From assembly GCA_964016885.1 (NCBI GenBank), contig OZ024740.1, forward strand, positions 127,162,001-127,226,000: a stretch of DNA of 64,000 bases, read 5' to 3'. Shown piece after piece: positions 27,343 to 41,383 of the stretch; positions within the stretch are counted from its first letter, which is position 1, and every line of letters begins with the position of its first letter. This DNA comes from Eledone cirrhosa (Eukaryota). The translations under genes and the position numbers were made by a program. The notes below the pieces were generated by a model, which made no database searches, was not told the DNA's origin, and saw nothing but the letters and a program-made list of their open reading frames with translations.

Positions 27343-27431
27343 CGGGGACGACAAAACAAAGAACCAGCAATGATTCTGGGGTCGATTTAATCGACTTCCC
27401 CTCCCCATGAAATTGCTGGCGTTGTGCCCAA
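27343..27431 (+). mobile_element. 3' fragment of tRNA-SINE
   Basis: CTGGGGTCGATTTAATCGACTTCCCCTCCCC..AAATTGCTGGCGTTGTGCC matches 63760-63810. Confidence 0.7.
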
Positions 27432-27434
27432 GCT

Positions 27435-29135
27435 GAATCCATGATGTTCTGAAGATCTCCCCAGTAATAACAAACTTCCTGAAATACGTCTCTATGGAAT
27501 ACAAACCTATTATTGCCACACAGAAAGGAAATTATGAAATCCAACAGCATAGGTATTAACTGTGGTACTTTTCGGAGTGATTCGCTTCCTCTTCTGATAT
27601 TTTATATTGCACTCACACCGCTGTCTTTAGCACTCAACAACACATGGTACGGATACAAAACAAACAGTAAAACAATAAATCATCTGTGTTTATATGAATA
27701 ACTTGAAACTGTATGCCAAATATGACAACGAGCTGGAAGGACAGCTGAAGACAGTGAAGGTGTTCAGCGATGATATGAGGGTGGAGTTTGGGCTGGGAAA
27801 ATGGAAAAATGCGCCAAAGCAACATTCAAGAAAGGCATAATTGCAAGCAGAAACTGTATGGAAATAGATGTAATTACAATAATTAGGAAATTAGAACTAA
27901 AACAAGCCTAGACATATCTAAGTATCAATGAAGGCAATTGTATTCACCAAGTTGTATAAATGAGAGAATCGGGAAGGAATATTACCACAGAGACTGTGTT
28001 GTTATCAAAACTGTGCTTAACTTGAGAAGTAAATAATCTGCTATAAATGCGTTTGCAATCCCTGTTGTCACATACAGGTTCAATATTATAGATTGGAACG
28101 TTGCCGAAAATAAGAGAATGGACACCAACATCAAGAAACTTTAAACCTGTAATAGAATACATCACGCAAAAGCAGATGTGGATCACCTCTATCTCCCTAG
28201 ACAAAATGGAGATAAATGAATGATCCAGCTAGAGCTTTCATACAGGATATCAACCATTGGACCCAATCAGTACAATAAAACCACAGATGACTAGATGGTG
28301 AAAATTGTCGCAGTTCAGGAAGGGAGGAGGAGGTTACATTCAGTCACAAAGCAAGTAGGATGTTTACGGAAGAACTAGAAATGCTCTTTGAAAATAATAA
28401 TGGTGATCCCGCAATTAAAGCTGCAAACAATATCAAAGTTATGGCAACATTCCAAGTTTAATGGAGATTGTGCACTAAATAGGAGCCAAGAACCTGATGT
28501 ATATTCTCTGTAGCAAAGAACCTGATGTGGATCAAGCTCCCATCCATCAGTAGCTGCTGTGTTCTGGGCTAAAGACAGAGAGTTAGGGTTTCATTTTGAC
28601 TACACAATACCAATGTATTCCAACGCGCAGCTTTGAAGCCAATTTGATCAGAAATGGAGAGGAATAAAAGTGTTGATTCTGTGATGAGCATATTGAAACC
28701 ATAGACCACCTGTTTTCAGGTTGCAAGGTATTGCTGCCCAGAAATATAAAATGGGGCATGATAGTGTGGAGCAATACATACACTGGGTAATGTGCAAGTT
28801 TTATAATCTAAAGGTAGAGGAAAAATGGTATAACAATCACCCAGATGCAGTAACGGAAGGTGAGAACCCAACAATCCTCTGGCATTTCTCTGTAAATACT
28901 GACAGAACAATCAAGGCCAACAGACCTGATACGATTGTGAGGGACCTAAAGCGAAAAAGTTTTTCTTAATTGACATAAGCATTCCATTAAATCATAACAT
29001 CTCCTCCGAAGAGTTCGCAATTCTCAGTAAGTATAAAGAACTATTAATTGAAATTGAGAAAATATGGTATATTGTGGCCTGTACAATACCAGTGATAATA
29101 CCACTTGCACTCATAAAAAAGGAGTACTGAGGTAA
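27435..29135 (+). mobile_element. Degenerate R4/Dong clade non-LTR fragment (RT to RLE endonuclease)
   Basis: GINCGTFRSDSLPLLIFYIAL, INHL..LKLYAK, EFGL, HDSVEQYIHW..TILWHFSVNTDRTIKANRPD. Colinear with the 54863-58820 element. Confidence 0.88.
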
Positions 29136-29144
29136 CCACTGTAA

Positions 29145-29312
29145 ATAAGGTACTCAATACATTAGTCGAGTGTAAATGTCAAGTTTAATATAGAAATGGC
29201 TTCTACAAAATTATAGCTGTTTCATTCAAAGGAAACCACCAGGAAAGCTTTCCTAGGGATTGTATTTGAATCAGACAGTTCTAGTCCTGTAGAAGCCATT
29301 CCTATATTGAAG
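29145..29312. mobile_element. MITE-like hairpin element, copy 2
   Basis: TAATATAGAAATGGCTTCTACA pairs with TGTAGAAGCCATTCCTATATTGA. Homologous to 7797-7965. Confidence 0.7.
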
Positions 29313-29409
29313 ATACATACATACATACATACATACATACATACATACATACATACATAAATACATGCATAAATATATACATACATACACATACAAACAT
29401 ACATTCATA

Positions 29410-31075
29410 CACCTGTGATATTCTAACACACAGGTATATTTCGAGGAGACAGTCTATCAGTGGTTCTATTTACCCTGTCATTAAACCGCTTGTTTTTTTC
29501 TGCTCAAGAAGTGTGAAGTATACATCATTGACTCACAAGAGGACAGAAATGCGAACTTAACCCACAATTTCTTTGTTGATGACCCGAAACACTATTCCAA
29601 GAACATAAATGGGATGAAGAAAAATCTTCACCTGGTTAAAACGTTCTCAAGGTATATATGAATGGTGTTTGCGCAAGATAAATATTCATATATGAGTGTA
29701 AAGTAGGGAAAAACTACAATCCAATGTATAACTGTTACCAATGGCATAACTGTTTCACCGATATCCGACTAGGACTGCTACAGATAGCTGGGGAGAGATT
29801 AGAATATCTCCTATAATGGTATTTGTAATAAGGAACGTGTAACAAGGGAATATTACACCCACTTAAGTAAAATATGGTCATCTGAAGTCTCTGCGCACAA
29901 TAAAACAATAGCTCACGATGTGTTTGCTGTGCCTGTCCTAACACCAACATTTGGAATACTCGATTGGTCGATAGACGAAATCCGAGAAATTGATGTTAAA
30001 ACCCGACAAACGTTAGACAACAGCGGTAGCTTCCACATCAACAGTGACATAGGCCCCTGCACTTAGAACGAGCGCAGGGAGGCAGAGACCTAACATCAGA
30101 TCAGACAGCCTTTGAGTGTCACATCATATCCCTCCGACAACATTTACGAACCTCCAAGCGTAGGAGCCCATCTACTGTGCAAATCTGTCTGCATGAAATA
30201 GATAAAATCATGAGAGTTGAACGATACTCCCTGCATGATAATAACAAAATTGACACACAAGGAAATTGCCATGCAATACAGCAGCGAGTGAAAGGATGGA
30301 AAGCTGCATGCTTATCAGACAAAAATCATGCATGGATATGTTGCTAGTAAGCTCCAGAGTGATAATCATATAGATAACTAATGTAACATATCTTGAAACA
30401 ACAACCGCTTTTGCAATACAAGAAGAGGAATTCAACATAAAATACCTGATTCACAAAATAGATAGGGATGAGGAAAAATGCCTAGATGTGACAACAAAAG
30501 CAGACTCTACAGAATTAACATCGAAGATGTGACCCAGTCATAAGCAGCTGCCAAAAAGATGTCATCACGGTACTATCTACCTATGAGACGTGATGTAGTG
30601 GTCAAAGCAGTGTACAAATGCAACCCGTAGAAAAGATAGCTCCGAAAATAAATACATTAAATGTTACAGCAATGTGGAAGACATACACATACATATGAAA
30701 AATTACTAGTGGAATATTCCAGTCAAAACCCTAATAAAATGCAAGTATAACAGACCAGATATAATATGGGACAGGGAAAAGAAGACATGCACAGTAGGTG
30801 GAAGTTAGCTGCCCAGCAGAGGCCAATATGATATCAAAGATTTGCGAAAAAGAGAATATCGATGCAGAACTAATGAGAAATCTACAGATACTCCACTCTG
30901 ACTATATATTCAGATTTATACCTGTGATTATTGGGGCATTGTGATATGTTAGTAACTGTCTCGGTACAAATCTTGAGAAGCTGGGCTTCATAGATACAGA
31001 AAGAACATGACTAGTTACGAAATTACAAGTTCAATTCATTAATGGAACTGTAAGAATATGTAAAACATTCCAAAC
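29410..31075 (+). mobile_element. Second, more distant degenerate R4/Dong-type fragment
   Basis: GIFRGDSLSVVLFTLSLN, LTHNFFVDDPKHYSK, AVPVLTPTFGILDWS, NRPDI, PVIIGAL, GTVRICKTF. Confidence 0.82.
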
Positions 31076-31214
31076 AGTCTGTATCTAATAACTGCATGTA
31101 CACATTTACGGATACAAAGTATATACACTTGCACACCTTTAACACTAAACATCCACACATACAATAGCATCCATACCTGCACACAAATGCATAGATATCT
31201 CTGCTAAGAGTATT

Positions 31215-31712
31215 GCAATCGCTTGGGAGATTACAGAGAATGGTGCTCATTTAGGCTACAGCCAGCCACACGAACATGTAACAGATCCTGAACAAGCAAT
31301 GCCTGTACTTTGAAGATTCATTTAAGTGAGTAAAACCTTGCACTAGACCAATACCACTCTCTGCGAATCGAAAACACTACCCGAAAAGGAGAACATGTCA
31401 ACATCATCGGATGCTTCCGAAGCCGCAGGTTTTTTCTTTTAAGAGTTTCCCTCTCCTAGAAAGGTGTTGTGACAACAACTGGGGGCCTTTCACTCCCATG
31501 TAGAAAAGGAAAACTACTATTAGGATGGCCGTTAACTCTGCTGAGTTCCTGCCTCCTTTGCCGAGTCCTATATTTTATCCCGCAGGGTGTCCAAATAGCA
31601 CACTCCTCACCAAGCTAGCTTGGTGGGGTTGCCGGTGTAATCACCGACGACCCGACCATGAGACAGGTTGTACTGGGTTACATGTTACCAGTAGCACTTG
31701 AGAGTAACCTGA
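31215..31712 (-). mobile_element. Probable 5' non-coding end of an RTE-like element
   Basis: GC-rich structured block. A degenerate second copy of GACCATGAGACAGGTTGTACTG...ACCTGAC lies at 34709-34770. The family assignment is from recollection only. Confidence 0.3.
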
Positions 31713-31986
31713 CATATATACATACATACATATACATACAAACGTGGCGCATCTAGACATTCCACTACCAGTAAACTGCAGCAAAATTTAATCATAAATA
31801 CTTCCCAAATCTGTAGAGTGAAATTCCCCAACACATGTCTGTGTCTATATCGATATATTCGTATTTAATTAGTCTATATTATCAACCTCAGTAAAGTAAA
31901 ATACAAATTCAACATTGACGTACATGCACATAACCAAATATCACAAAATATTACCTGTTAACGTCTTTACCGATTCTGCAGTGGCT

Positions 31987-32101
<115 letters not shown>

Positions 32102-33727
32102 ATATATATATATGTGAATATAGATACTTTATGCATACGGACTCATATATATATATGATTTTATGTGTGTGCATGTGTGTGTCGCTGTACTTATATATGT
32201 ACGTGTGAATATGTGTCTGCAGAGAGAAAGAGGGAGAGAGGGGGTGAGATACATAGAGTAGGTTAGGTGAGATTGACTGACGCCAGCAACGTACTCAGTA
32301 CATGTACATATATTAGAGTTTATGCATTCATTTGTTCAAAGCTAACATCCAGAGTCGAATGCTAATGAACATGAAATTCTTAGCAGTCACACGAGTAGTA
32401 TATTATTATACATTGATGTCGGTGATCAGTTCAATTTTCAGATGTAATTGATGATGGCAATGAAATAGTTTCTACGACTAGTATAACTGTCACACTTTAT
32501 CAAACCAACTGACACTAGATATAACTGTAAGGGTAATATCGGGAATCCAGGGAAACTTGTAGTAATGACAGTGAAGTGTAGAGGACGTAGAGAATGACAA
32601 AAAGTTTGCTTGTAGTGAAGCAATCACACATATTCACACTTACTTGCCTACTGTAATTTCTGAGTATCTTTATGGTTCCTGAACTTGCTATATCTTGTTC
32701 AAACCGCAGCCTATCATTAAAAAACAGGAATCATTGAATAATGTGGTCCAAAGTATTTTTTCTCTCAAATCTTTTAATCCTATCTTTGCGGAATTGAGAC
32801 CGATAATGGGGCTAAACACGAGCATCAATGACTGAAAATAACTACCATTACTGCAATTAGAAAATAACTACCATTACTACAATTAGAGTAAATAATAAAG
32901 CACTAGTAATGTTGGGGGAACGTGGGTTTCACTTTCTGTATACGTTATGCCAGCTAATACATCCATGCGTCGTTGTATGTTAAAGAATGCTGACGGAAAA
33001 TTAATTAGAGTATACAATACTATTTTCCGCTACAGTTTAAATTCAATCAACGCCGACTTCGCCCATCTTCCTTTCGAAAACGTTTAAAATAAGAACTAGA
33101 CAAAACGTTAGTGTGATTTAATCGACTGCAAGCTTACACACATCTTTTACTTTGATGATAATCGTAGATAAATAGTGATGGTGAGGACATAGGTATTACA
33201 TTTAACTTTTTATGATCATAATGTTGCTTTTTAGCCCTAAGCAAAGACACATGGTGTAGATCTATCAGTCGTTTGCCTGTTGTCTTTTTGTCTTCTTCGG
33301 AGTAAATCTATATAGTCCTACATTATTTTTCATTGTGCTTCTCATCCTATAAGATTATATCTGCTGACATGAGGGTGGTATCTCTGTCATTACTAGCAGT
33401 TTGAATGAAGGCAGAGTGGCTTCTTGGTGCGATATCTACTGAAGGGTCTGACTGGCTTGCATTGGCATCCAACTGAGGTGTCTTTACTTCTGACTTCTTC
33501 ATAAATTATGCACCAAACTTTTATTGGCAATGATTCAATGAAGTCGTACCTTATACTAATCAAAGCTAAAAGAAAACATATGGTTAAAATTCATAGGTTA
33601 TTTGGTGTGTAAGTAATTGTATCTGAATTGTTGTATGATTATCTACATACTAAATCATTCACTTGACCCCATTTATACTCTATACATGCACTTACATACA
33701 TATATTTCTACCTATCTATATATATTA

Positions 33728-33845
33728 TGTCTATCTATCTATCTATCTATCTATCTATATATTTATCTATCTAACTATCTGTCTATCTATCTCTCTATCT
33801 GTCTGTCTATCTATCAATATATCTATCATCTATCTATACATCTAT
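33728..33845. repeat. (CTAT)n degenerate microsatellite
   Basis: Directly visible. Confidence 0.9.
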
Positions 33846-36364
33846 AAGCATACATATATGTAAATTATTCATACTGTCTCACCAACTACTTTTATATTTT
33901 TTATCGATTATTTCAACATTCCAGTATCTTTATTTCTTTTCACACTCGCACTGAGGAATACCTCCCGTTTCCCTACAACTAACTTTCTCCACTCTATTTT
34001 AGCATTATGCTTAGTTTCTAATCTGTGCGGAGTGTTGAGGTGCAATACTTTGACGATGAACGTAGTACATGATTCGGGTTCAAATCAAGATTGAAGACGT
34101 TACTTCTTTTCTGTATTCCTCTCTACTCAACATGAATATACGGAATGATTTATAAACTGGTGACTCAATGGTTGCAGTCGTGTCCTTATCATTGGAATGT
34201 GGTCAAAACGAAGACATATAAATTTACTTGTTTCAACCTATTTAGTGAAAATATCTGTATGTGCCTCTTACATTTTATTTTAGTTAACTGCAATGCAATT
34301 GACTGTTGCTCGCTGTGATGGACTTTGGCAGTTGCGAACCCTATCAACGGTACTGCAGTTCCACCCGGGGTCTCAGCATTTAATGCAAGCCAAAGCGCTG
34401 TCCAGTTGAGTAAGATACAAGACAAAACATTATCTTATAGAAATTATGCTGTAGCTAGTACACATAGAATTTTGTGTGATGTTAGGGGGAAATTGTTGTG
34501 ATTTTTATATCATGAAAGTATCATGAATGAAACAAAGGAAAATAAAGGAAGAAAAAAGTAAAGGGGAGAAAACAACGCAAGCAGATGACTTTAAGATATG
34601 TGTTAGAAAAATGTTAGCCATAGAAATTAATGAGAGTAGAAGTGAAAATACGTTTGTCAAAGATTAGTAATGATAAACTTGGGGGAGACAGTTTAGACCC
34701 CGGTCACTTGACCATGAAGCAGGTTGTACTGTGTCCATGATACGAGTAACAAGTAGAAGCATGACCTGACTATTATTAACTAGTGTATTTTATTTAACTG
34801 ATAGATATTACGGTATCTTGCTATAAGAGCTGGTCTTCCTCTACGATCAACTTCATCGTGACCGAAAAATATTATCTGCTTAACCTCTCTCCTAATCAGT
34901 AGCTTTTTTTAACTTTGTCTCTGTCAATGTAGAGAACCATTTAAACTATTATTCTATATTACAGTGATATTTTCTTTAACTTCTACAATTACTTTATATT
35001 AAAATCTATATAACTCGCTTCCTATCACTATCAGACATGTTATATGTGTATTTCCTCCCCACTTTCCCCATTCGAACATGTGTAGCCATCAGCAGGACTT
35101 CAGATGTAAAGAATGATTTCAAATCGATTCACAAAGTTACCGCTTCAGTGCATTTCTATTTAACTGCTACATTCTAGATTCAACACATCAAACATCGATG
35201 TCACAATGTTCTAATCAGGCGACAAACATATGTTATAGTGATTCTGTACAGGGAATTAATTTTAAATTAAAATTACCGATACGCTATTTATCTATTTCTT
35301 TTCCTTTCATGTTTTCCCAATATTTTTGCATTATTGTTGGTTCGATATTTTCACTTTTCTCGAATGGCATTGGTTTTTATTGACTTGTGGACTTTATTCC
35401 TTTTTGATGATATTGGTGGGACAAACTGAATATATGGTGTCATCTAAGAATCAATATCACAAAAACATTTGCTTTGATTGGTGTGTGTTTCTAGATTTGC
35501 ATTTGAATTAGCATTTTTTAAAATAATTATCATGCATTGTTATGTCATCCCTGGTTGGCTTTGAATTCTCAGAATATAAAGATATAAACGTGCGTCTGAT
35601 TATCAATTGTAACCGCTTCAATTCAACGATGCAAAATATTCTTAGGATTTCTCATTTTCACATTTACTAAATAGTTCAAATTTCTTAAATACTCATCAAA
35701 TTGTAGGGCATTGCAGGAATTCATGAGAATATAATTTTGATCTTGAAAATAACCGCTCTCTGCCCCTGAATCTGGCAGACGTTGCGTTATAGTTGCACTT
35801 AAACCCTTGTAGACATTCCAAAAGGTGTTTGGTCATGAGAGAAGTGTTTGATTATTTGATTGACTTCCTTATATAAATTTTGGCATTTTCGTTTAAGCAG
35901 GAGTCACGTTGTTCCATACTGAAGTATCCAAGAGGTCACTAGATTATGCATATATTGCTATTCGAGTCATTGGTGCAAGGGTAGTATTTAGATGTGGCTG
36001 AAGTTACTACTATTATCAATGTTTTGTGTTTTGGTTTCAATATGTAAATAATTTGGAAGTGGTTTCGATATTCTTTTTCGTCAAAATACTATCGACAGAC
36101 AAGTAAAAACAATACACTTTGTACTTATAATTTATATGTATTGTACTTACATGCTTGATTCTGTGAAGCACCTCATATTACAAATAACATTTCAAACACC
36201 TATCCCCGCGCAAAAAAATTAACCTAAATATATTGACAGCATACCTGAAGTACAGCGTTGAAAGAATTCAAATAAACCAAATAATTATATATATCATTGT
36301 TTGTTAAATTGGACAAGGGTTGCATGAATTAAATTATATTGAAGACAGATAAACATTTATAAAG

Positions 36365-36590
36365 CATGGGAGCGTAGAGTTGGGAGCATCCCTAGAGTGT
36401 CGGACCACCTGCTTTGCAGAATTTTGTTGCGGCATTTTACATACTGAGTTCAAATTCCGCTGAGGTTAGCTCTACCTTTCATCCTTACGGGGTCGATAAA
36501 ATAAAGTATCATTGATGCACTATGGTCGATTTAATCGATTTTCCTTTTCCTAAAATTATCGGTCTTGTGCTTAAATCAGGAACCATTATT
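36365..36590 (+). mobile_element. Diverged near full-length tRNA-SINE
   Basis: GTCGGAC..TGCTTTGCAG, B-box GAGTTCAAATTCC, CCTTTCATCCTTACGGGGTCGATAAAATAAAGTA, GTCGATTTAATCGA, tail AACCATTATT. Confidence 0.85.
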
Positions 36591-37494
36591 GATACAGCAT
36601 TTACTACCCAACAATAGGTAAATTGGTAAATGTGTCTTCCGTTTTACATGTAGCCAGGTCGTCATGAAAGGAGATTGAAAAATAAAGTTTTTAATTTTTC
36701 CTCATATTCTATAGCAGAATAATTGGGAAACGGTTTCAATCCTGTAAATATTCGTTAAACTTCCTCATCAATAATTCAGCATAATGTACAGTGTTAGCAA
36801 AAATTGAACTAGGATTACATCATATTGTTGACGTATCAAAAATTCAGCGGTAAATGTAAATTCAAGATTCAAATTTCCAGAATAATTTACATCATCAAAC
36901 GTACGAATGTCGTTTCATGTAATTTTATATCGATACTAGTAGAGTTTGAAAAATGTTTAAATACAAACATAGTGGGAAAGCCTGATATGGCCTTGCCAGT
37001 TGAATTATTGATGCAAGTAAGCTACGGGTGCCCTTATCAATCAATCGAGAAATATTCAGGTCTTATATTGATGCATCCCATTCACAGTTGTGTTACTAGA
37101 AATAAGTTTTAAACTGCATATTCCATGAGAAATTATCATAGAAATATCAAAGTCATGGAAACTACGTCAACATTATCGAGACTTGATGATGTTTAGTTAT
37201 ATTCATTAATCTATACTTGTAAGAAACAAGCGAGCTTTATGCAACGAACTAAAGTACATTAGGATTTTAAACAACCAACAAGTAAGGAAATATCCGTCTC
37301 CTGTCAATACTATTTGTATGATCTGATATTATTATTGGTGTCTAAAATTAAAATGCAAAACCATCATCTACTTCACTAACTATTTCAGTATGGCAGAAGT
37401 ATTTGTATGTATTTCTGTTTATCTAATACATTCGCTTATATTTAGCATAGCTAGTTTAAGTTGTTTAACACATACGCACTCGTTTGTATAGGAC

Positions 37495-37652
37495 AGGGTT
37501 CTGCACAGTTTCTGGATACAAAATCCCATCATAACATTGGTCAGTTCTCAGTTACAATAGAAAACATTTAACGAATATGTCACACAGAAGGATCGAAACA
37601 CAGAACCATGTGTTTCAGCAGTGAACATCTACATTTCACACATGGCTATGCC
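37495..37652 (-). mobile_element. Highly degenerate tRNA/CORE-type SINE
   Basis: Minus strand GGCATAGCCATGTGTG...CACATGGTTCTGTGTTTCGATCC resembles A/B boxes followed by a CORE-like segment. Confidence 0.4.
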
Positions 37653-40606
37653 GGTTGGTAGAATAAATAAACCATTTTAACGGGAGCTTCAGCTAACAGA
37701 AGATGATTTGTTTCCCTATTTATCAATATTAGACATTTCAATGTCTCAACTGGCATAGAAGGTCATTGAACATAGCCAACTATTTCCATCATCTGATAAT
37801 TAAGGAATTAAAAGAATATATTATACAGTGTTAATAAAACCTAGTTAGCATATAGTAAACTTTAATAATAATGAATTATTTATGTTTACTTCCTCCTAGC
37901 TTCAGTATTATTAGTGACACTAGCAAATTAAGGTGATCACATTTTATTCTGATGCATAAACATCTATGATAGATCTAAACAATTGTATCTATCTCGACGG
38001 AGAAGAGGATAAACACAACGTTGTAGGTGTTGAAATTGCCATGTATGTATTTAAGGATGAGAATTATAATCGTAATGGGCGTGATAATTCTAGTGATAAT
38101 AATGATAGTCCTGCAAAAACTAAAGTTGGTGTTAGGAGGATGATGATGATAATGATGATGGTGTGATAGATAATAATGATGATGTTATTGTTGATGAAGG
38201 TGCTGATGATCATGATAATCATGACGACAATGATGATGATGGATATGAAGGGAAGAGAAGGGATTAAAGATGATTACTGTTGTCAATTAAATGAGAATAT
38301 TGTGTAAATAAATTTGAAAATTTACATTTTGTTTGAGGGTTTCATTAGCTGAAATTGTGCAATTCTTAAAGATTTGGTTCTGTAAAGATCCACACTAATC
38401 CTTTCTAGAAAGTATCGTTAGAGCTTCAAGTAATTGTATGTCCGAAATATTTTAGACGCATTTCATGTATACTTGAATGAATTGTGAAAAAAGTATATTG
38501 TTAATTACTTCACATTACACTAATTAATACATTACATTACCTGCATTCTATTACACCGGAAGTTATTGAATTAAGATAAATGCCACAGATGTTTTTCAGC
38601 AGCATAGCTCCACAACCAGAGTGTTCTTAACGATTTGGCTTCGAATATATATTGATGCTGTTTAATCGCTATGGCAATATTTAATATACCTGCGTACACA
38701 CATAAGATTTCAATGCAAAGTGAAAATTGAAATCTTATTAACCATACATCAAATGTTTAATGATTAAGTAATATTCAAGTTTACAGCTGGATATGATAGT
38801 TGCCCCAAAAGATAATTTATTTGCACGAAATTATGTGTCATGACAATCAGAAACAAAAGCACACATGCACAATTGTAGCAGCTGGATTTAAAAGCAATTG
38901 CAAATATAGCAAATAAATTATAACTGAACTCTTGGAAGATAATAATTACATTTATAAATCACATCAACATCAAACATTAAATAAAGCTTCTGCAACTATT
39001 TAAAATACATTACTTCCTAGCCTTTCAAAACAATTAATAAAGCTTTTATTTCATTTCTCATTGTGGTTTGCATAAATTTAAATTAGATCACTTTTATATA
39101 GAAAACTACTAAGAAAGCGCAAAAAATGCAACTAATTTAAAGTCTTTAATTTTATCGTTTATGAAAAAAATAAATCACCAACAAATACTGAAGAATGGAC
39201 TCTGAGGCTTGGCAGATGAAAAGTTCTATTCAACCAATTACGCTAATAGAATGCCAACAATAATATTCAATATGAACGAAGTTTATTTGCTGTGAATAGT
39301 GCAAAGTCTAATGTTTTGGTTAGGCTATTGGCTGAGAGTGTAGAAGAGGAAAAACGTGATGTTGCCGCTGAATCTTCTTTCTGATTTATTTTTGCACACA
39401 TCTCTTGAATTCCAGAGGACATTGAGCTAACCATTCACTTAACACGCTGAATTTCAAGAATAATCAGACCTCACTCATTCTTAAAATACTTTTTCAATGT
39501 AATTTAACTCCTAAAATTTGCCAGGGTAATGTAATAGACTCACGAAGATACATTTATGGTATACAAGGCAATAAACCTCTTCGTTTCATTTGATCACAAT
39601 TATGTGTCGAACATTTCGATGTCGACAGCTTAAGCATAAATAAACACAAACGACTGATATTAAATCAAACGAAAACGTTTAAAGGTAATATAAATAATTT
39701 ATCTCGCAAGGAAAATGAGCGCAACTGAGTGTAGTCGATTTGTTTAGATAATAGGAGATATTAGGTATATGGCAGTGGTTATCAGAAAGTTAGAAGTCTT
39801 AAAACCACTCATCTGTGTATTAGGTTTAATATTTACTTTAACGTGTGTAGTAAAACAAAGCTATAATATAAATACTGATGAGCTGAATTCCCATCAAAGA
39901 TTCTAGATAGTTTGAAGTTGATTCATTTCATCTGCCAGCTAATGTATTTCAGAATTGAAAGTCGGTGGTTTTAGGCCTATTTGTCCATACTTGCAGGAGT
40001 TGGGCGAACATGTTCTGCAGGAGTTAAGTAGTTATAAGTGGAAGATGCCTATACTTGTCAGAAATAGCCCTGAAATGTCAAAATGGAAGGAACAGAGTCA
40101 ACATGAATAAGGAACCTTGCTCAAAGATATATCACAACGCTCTGTCTGAGAATCGGAGCCAACAGGGTATTATCTCGTGTCCAACATACTACCCAATAGG
40201 ATACCAACCTTGGCATTGGTAATAACTGGTGCTATGCGATGCTCCAGCAAAATCGTCGAAGCAATAAAGAAAACAAAATAAACGTCTTGTAGAAACGACT
40301 AATTCGACCAAAAAAAGGATATTCAGAATATCAGATGAGATGCTTTTATTATATTATCATTATACAATGGAAATGTATATTTCCTACTTACCAATATAAC
40401 TATGTATTTAGCTCTCAGACGCTGACAATGAAAAAGGTAATGTTACATATAAAATGTGCTTCAATTTCGATGTGTAAAATATGTAAAAAGCGTTGAAATT
40501 TTATCGATTGCGGAAATGAGTAGAACGATGTACAAAGCGTTCTAGATGAACAACCCCTCCCACAGAGACATACAGACACACAGACACACTGACACATGCA
40601 CAATCA

Positions 40607-40687
<81 letters not shown>

Positions 40688-40693
<6 letters not shown>

Positions 40694-41090
40694 TAAATCA
40701 TATCCTTAGAATTATTAGATAAAATATATACCATTTCTTCTAATTATTAGATAAAATATATACATTTCTTCTAAGTCTGAATTTGCACCTAATTGTGTAT
40801 GGTTGATGGTATATTTAGTCAGTTTCTACATGCTGTCGAAATGTTGGATAAATACTCTATTGGGGCCACCGCGAAGAGGCCGCTTTCGGTTATTTGTCGG
40901 AAATTTCTTCATAAGAGCCTTTATTCTTATAGCTTGGTCTAATTGATTTTTTATATGGTTAATTATGCTAATCGGGAGAGGAAATGGTATATATTTTATC
41001 TAATACTTCTAAGGACATGATTTATGATATATTGCTCTGATTATTTAATTTCTTAATTGTTCATAGAGCTACAATGTGACCGGTTGCAAC
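40688..41090 (+). mobile_element. Short inverted arm + direct arm + tail insert between (TA)n tracts (Penelope-type terminus)
   Basis: 40688-40737 ATATCATAAATCATATCCTTAAGAATTATTAGATAAAATATATACCATTTC mirrors 40981-41030. Unpaired 60-bp extension at 41031-41090. Confidence 0.6.
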
Positions 41091-41122
41091 ATATATATCT
41101 ATGACTTTATGTATATGTAAAC

Positions 41123-41212
<90 letters not shown>

Positions 41213-41252
41213 GTTTACATATACATAAAGTCATAGATATATATGTTGCAAC
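41083..41252. repeat. Perfect 170-bp palindrome centred on (TA)n
   Basis: GTTGCAACATATATATCTATGACTTTATGTATATGTAAACCTT-(TA)n-AAGGTTTACATATACATAAAGTCATAGATATATATGTTGCAAC. Confidence 0.95.

Positions 41253-41383
<131 letters not shown>

Noticed and set aside
31525-31592. Twister ribozyme (TAACTCTGC...GCCGAGTCC)
   Set aside because: Lacks the GTCCCAAGC core and the complementary pseudoknot strands.
39874-39900. CTGATGAG box (hammerhead or C/D snoRNA)
   Set aside because: No stem II/GAAA partner or terminal stem found; expected by chance. The same applies to CTGACGA at ~42766 and CTGATGA at ~48407.
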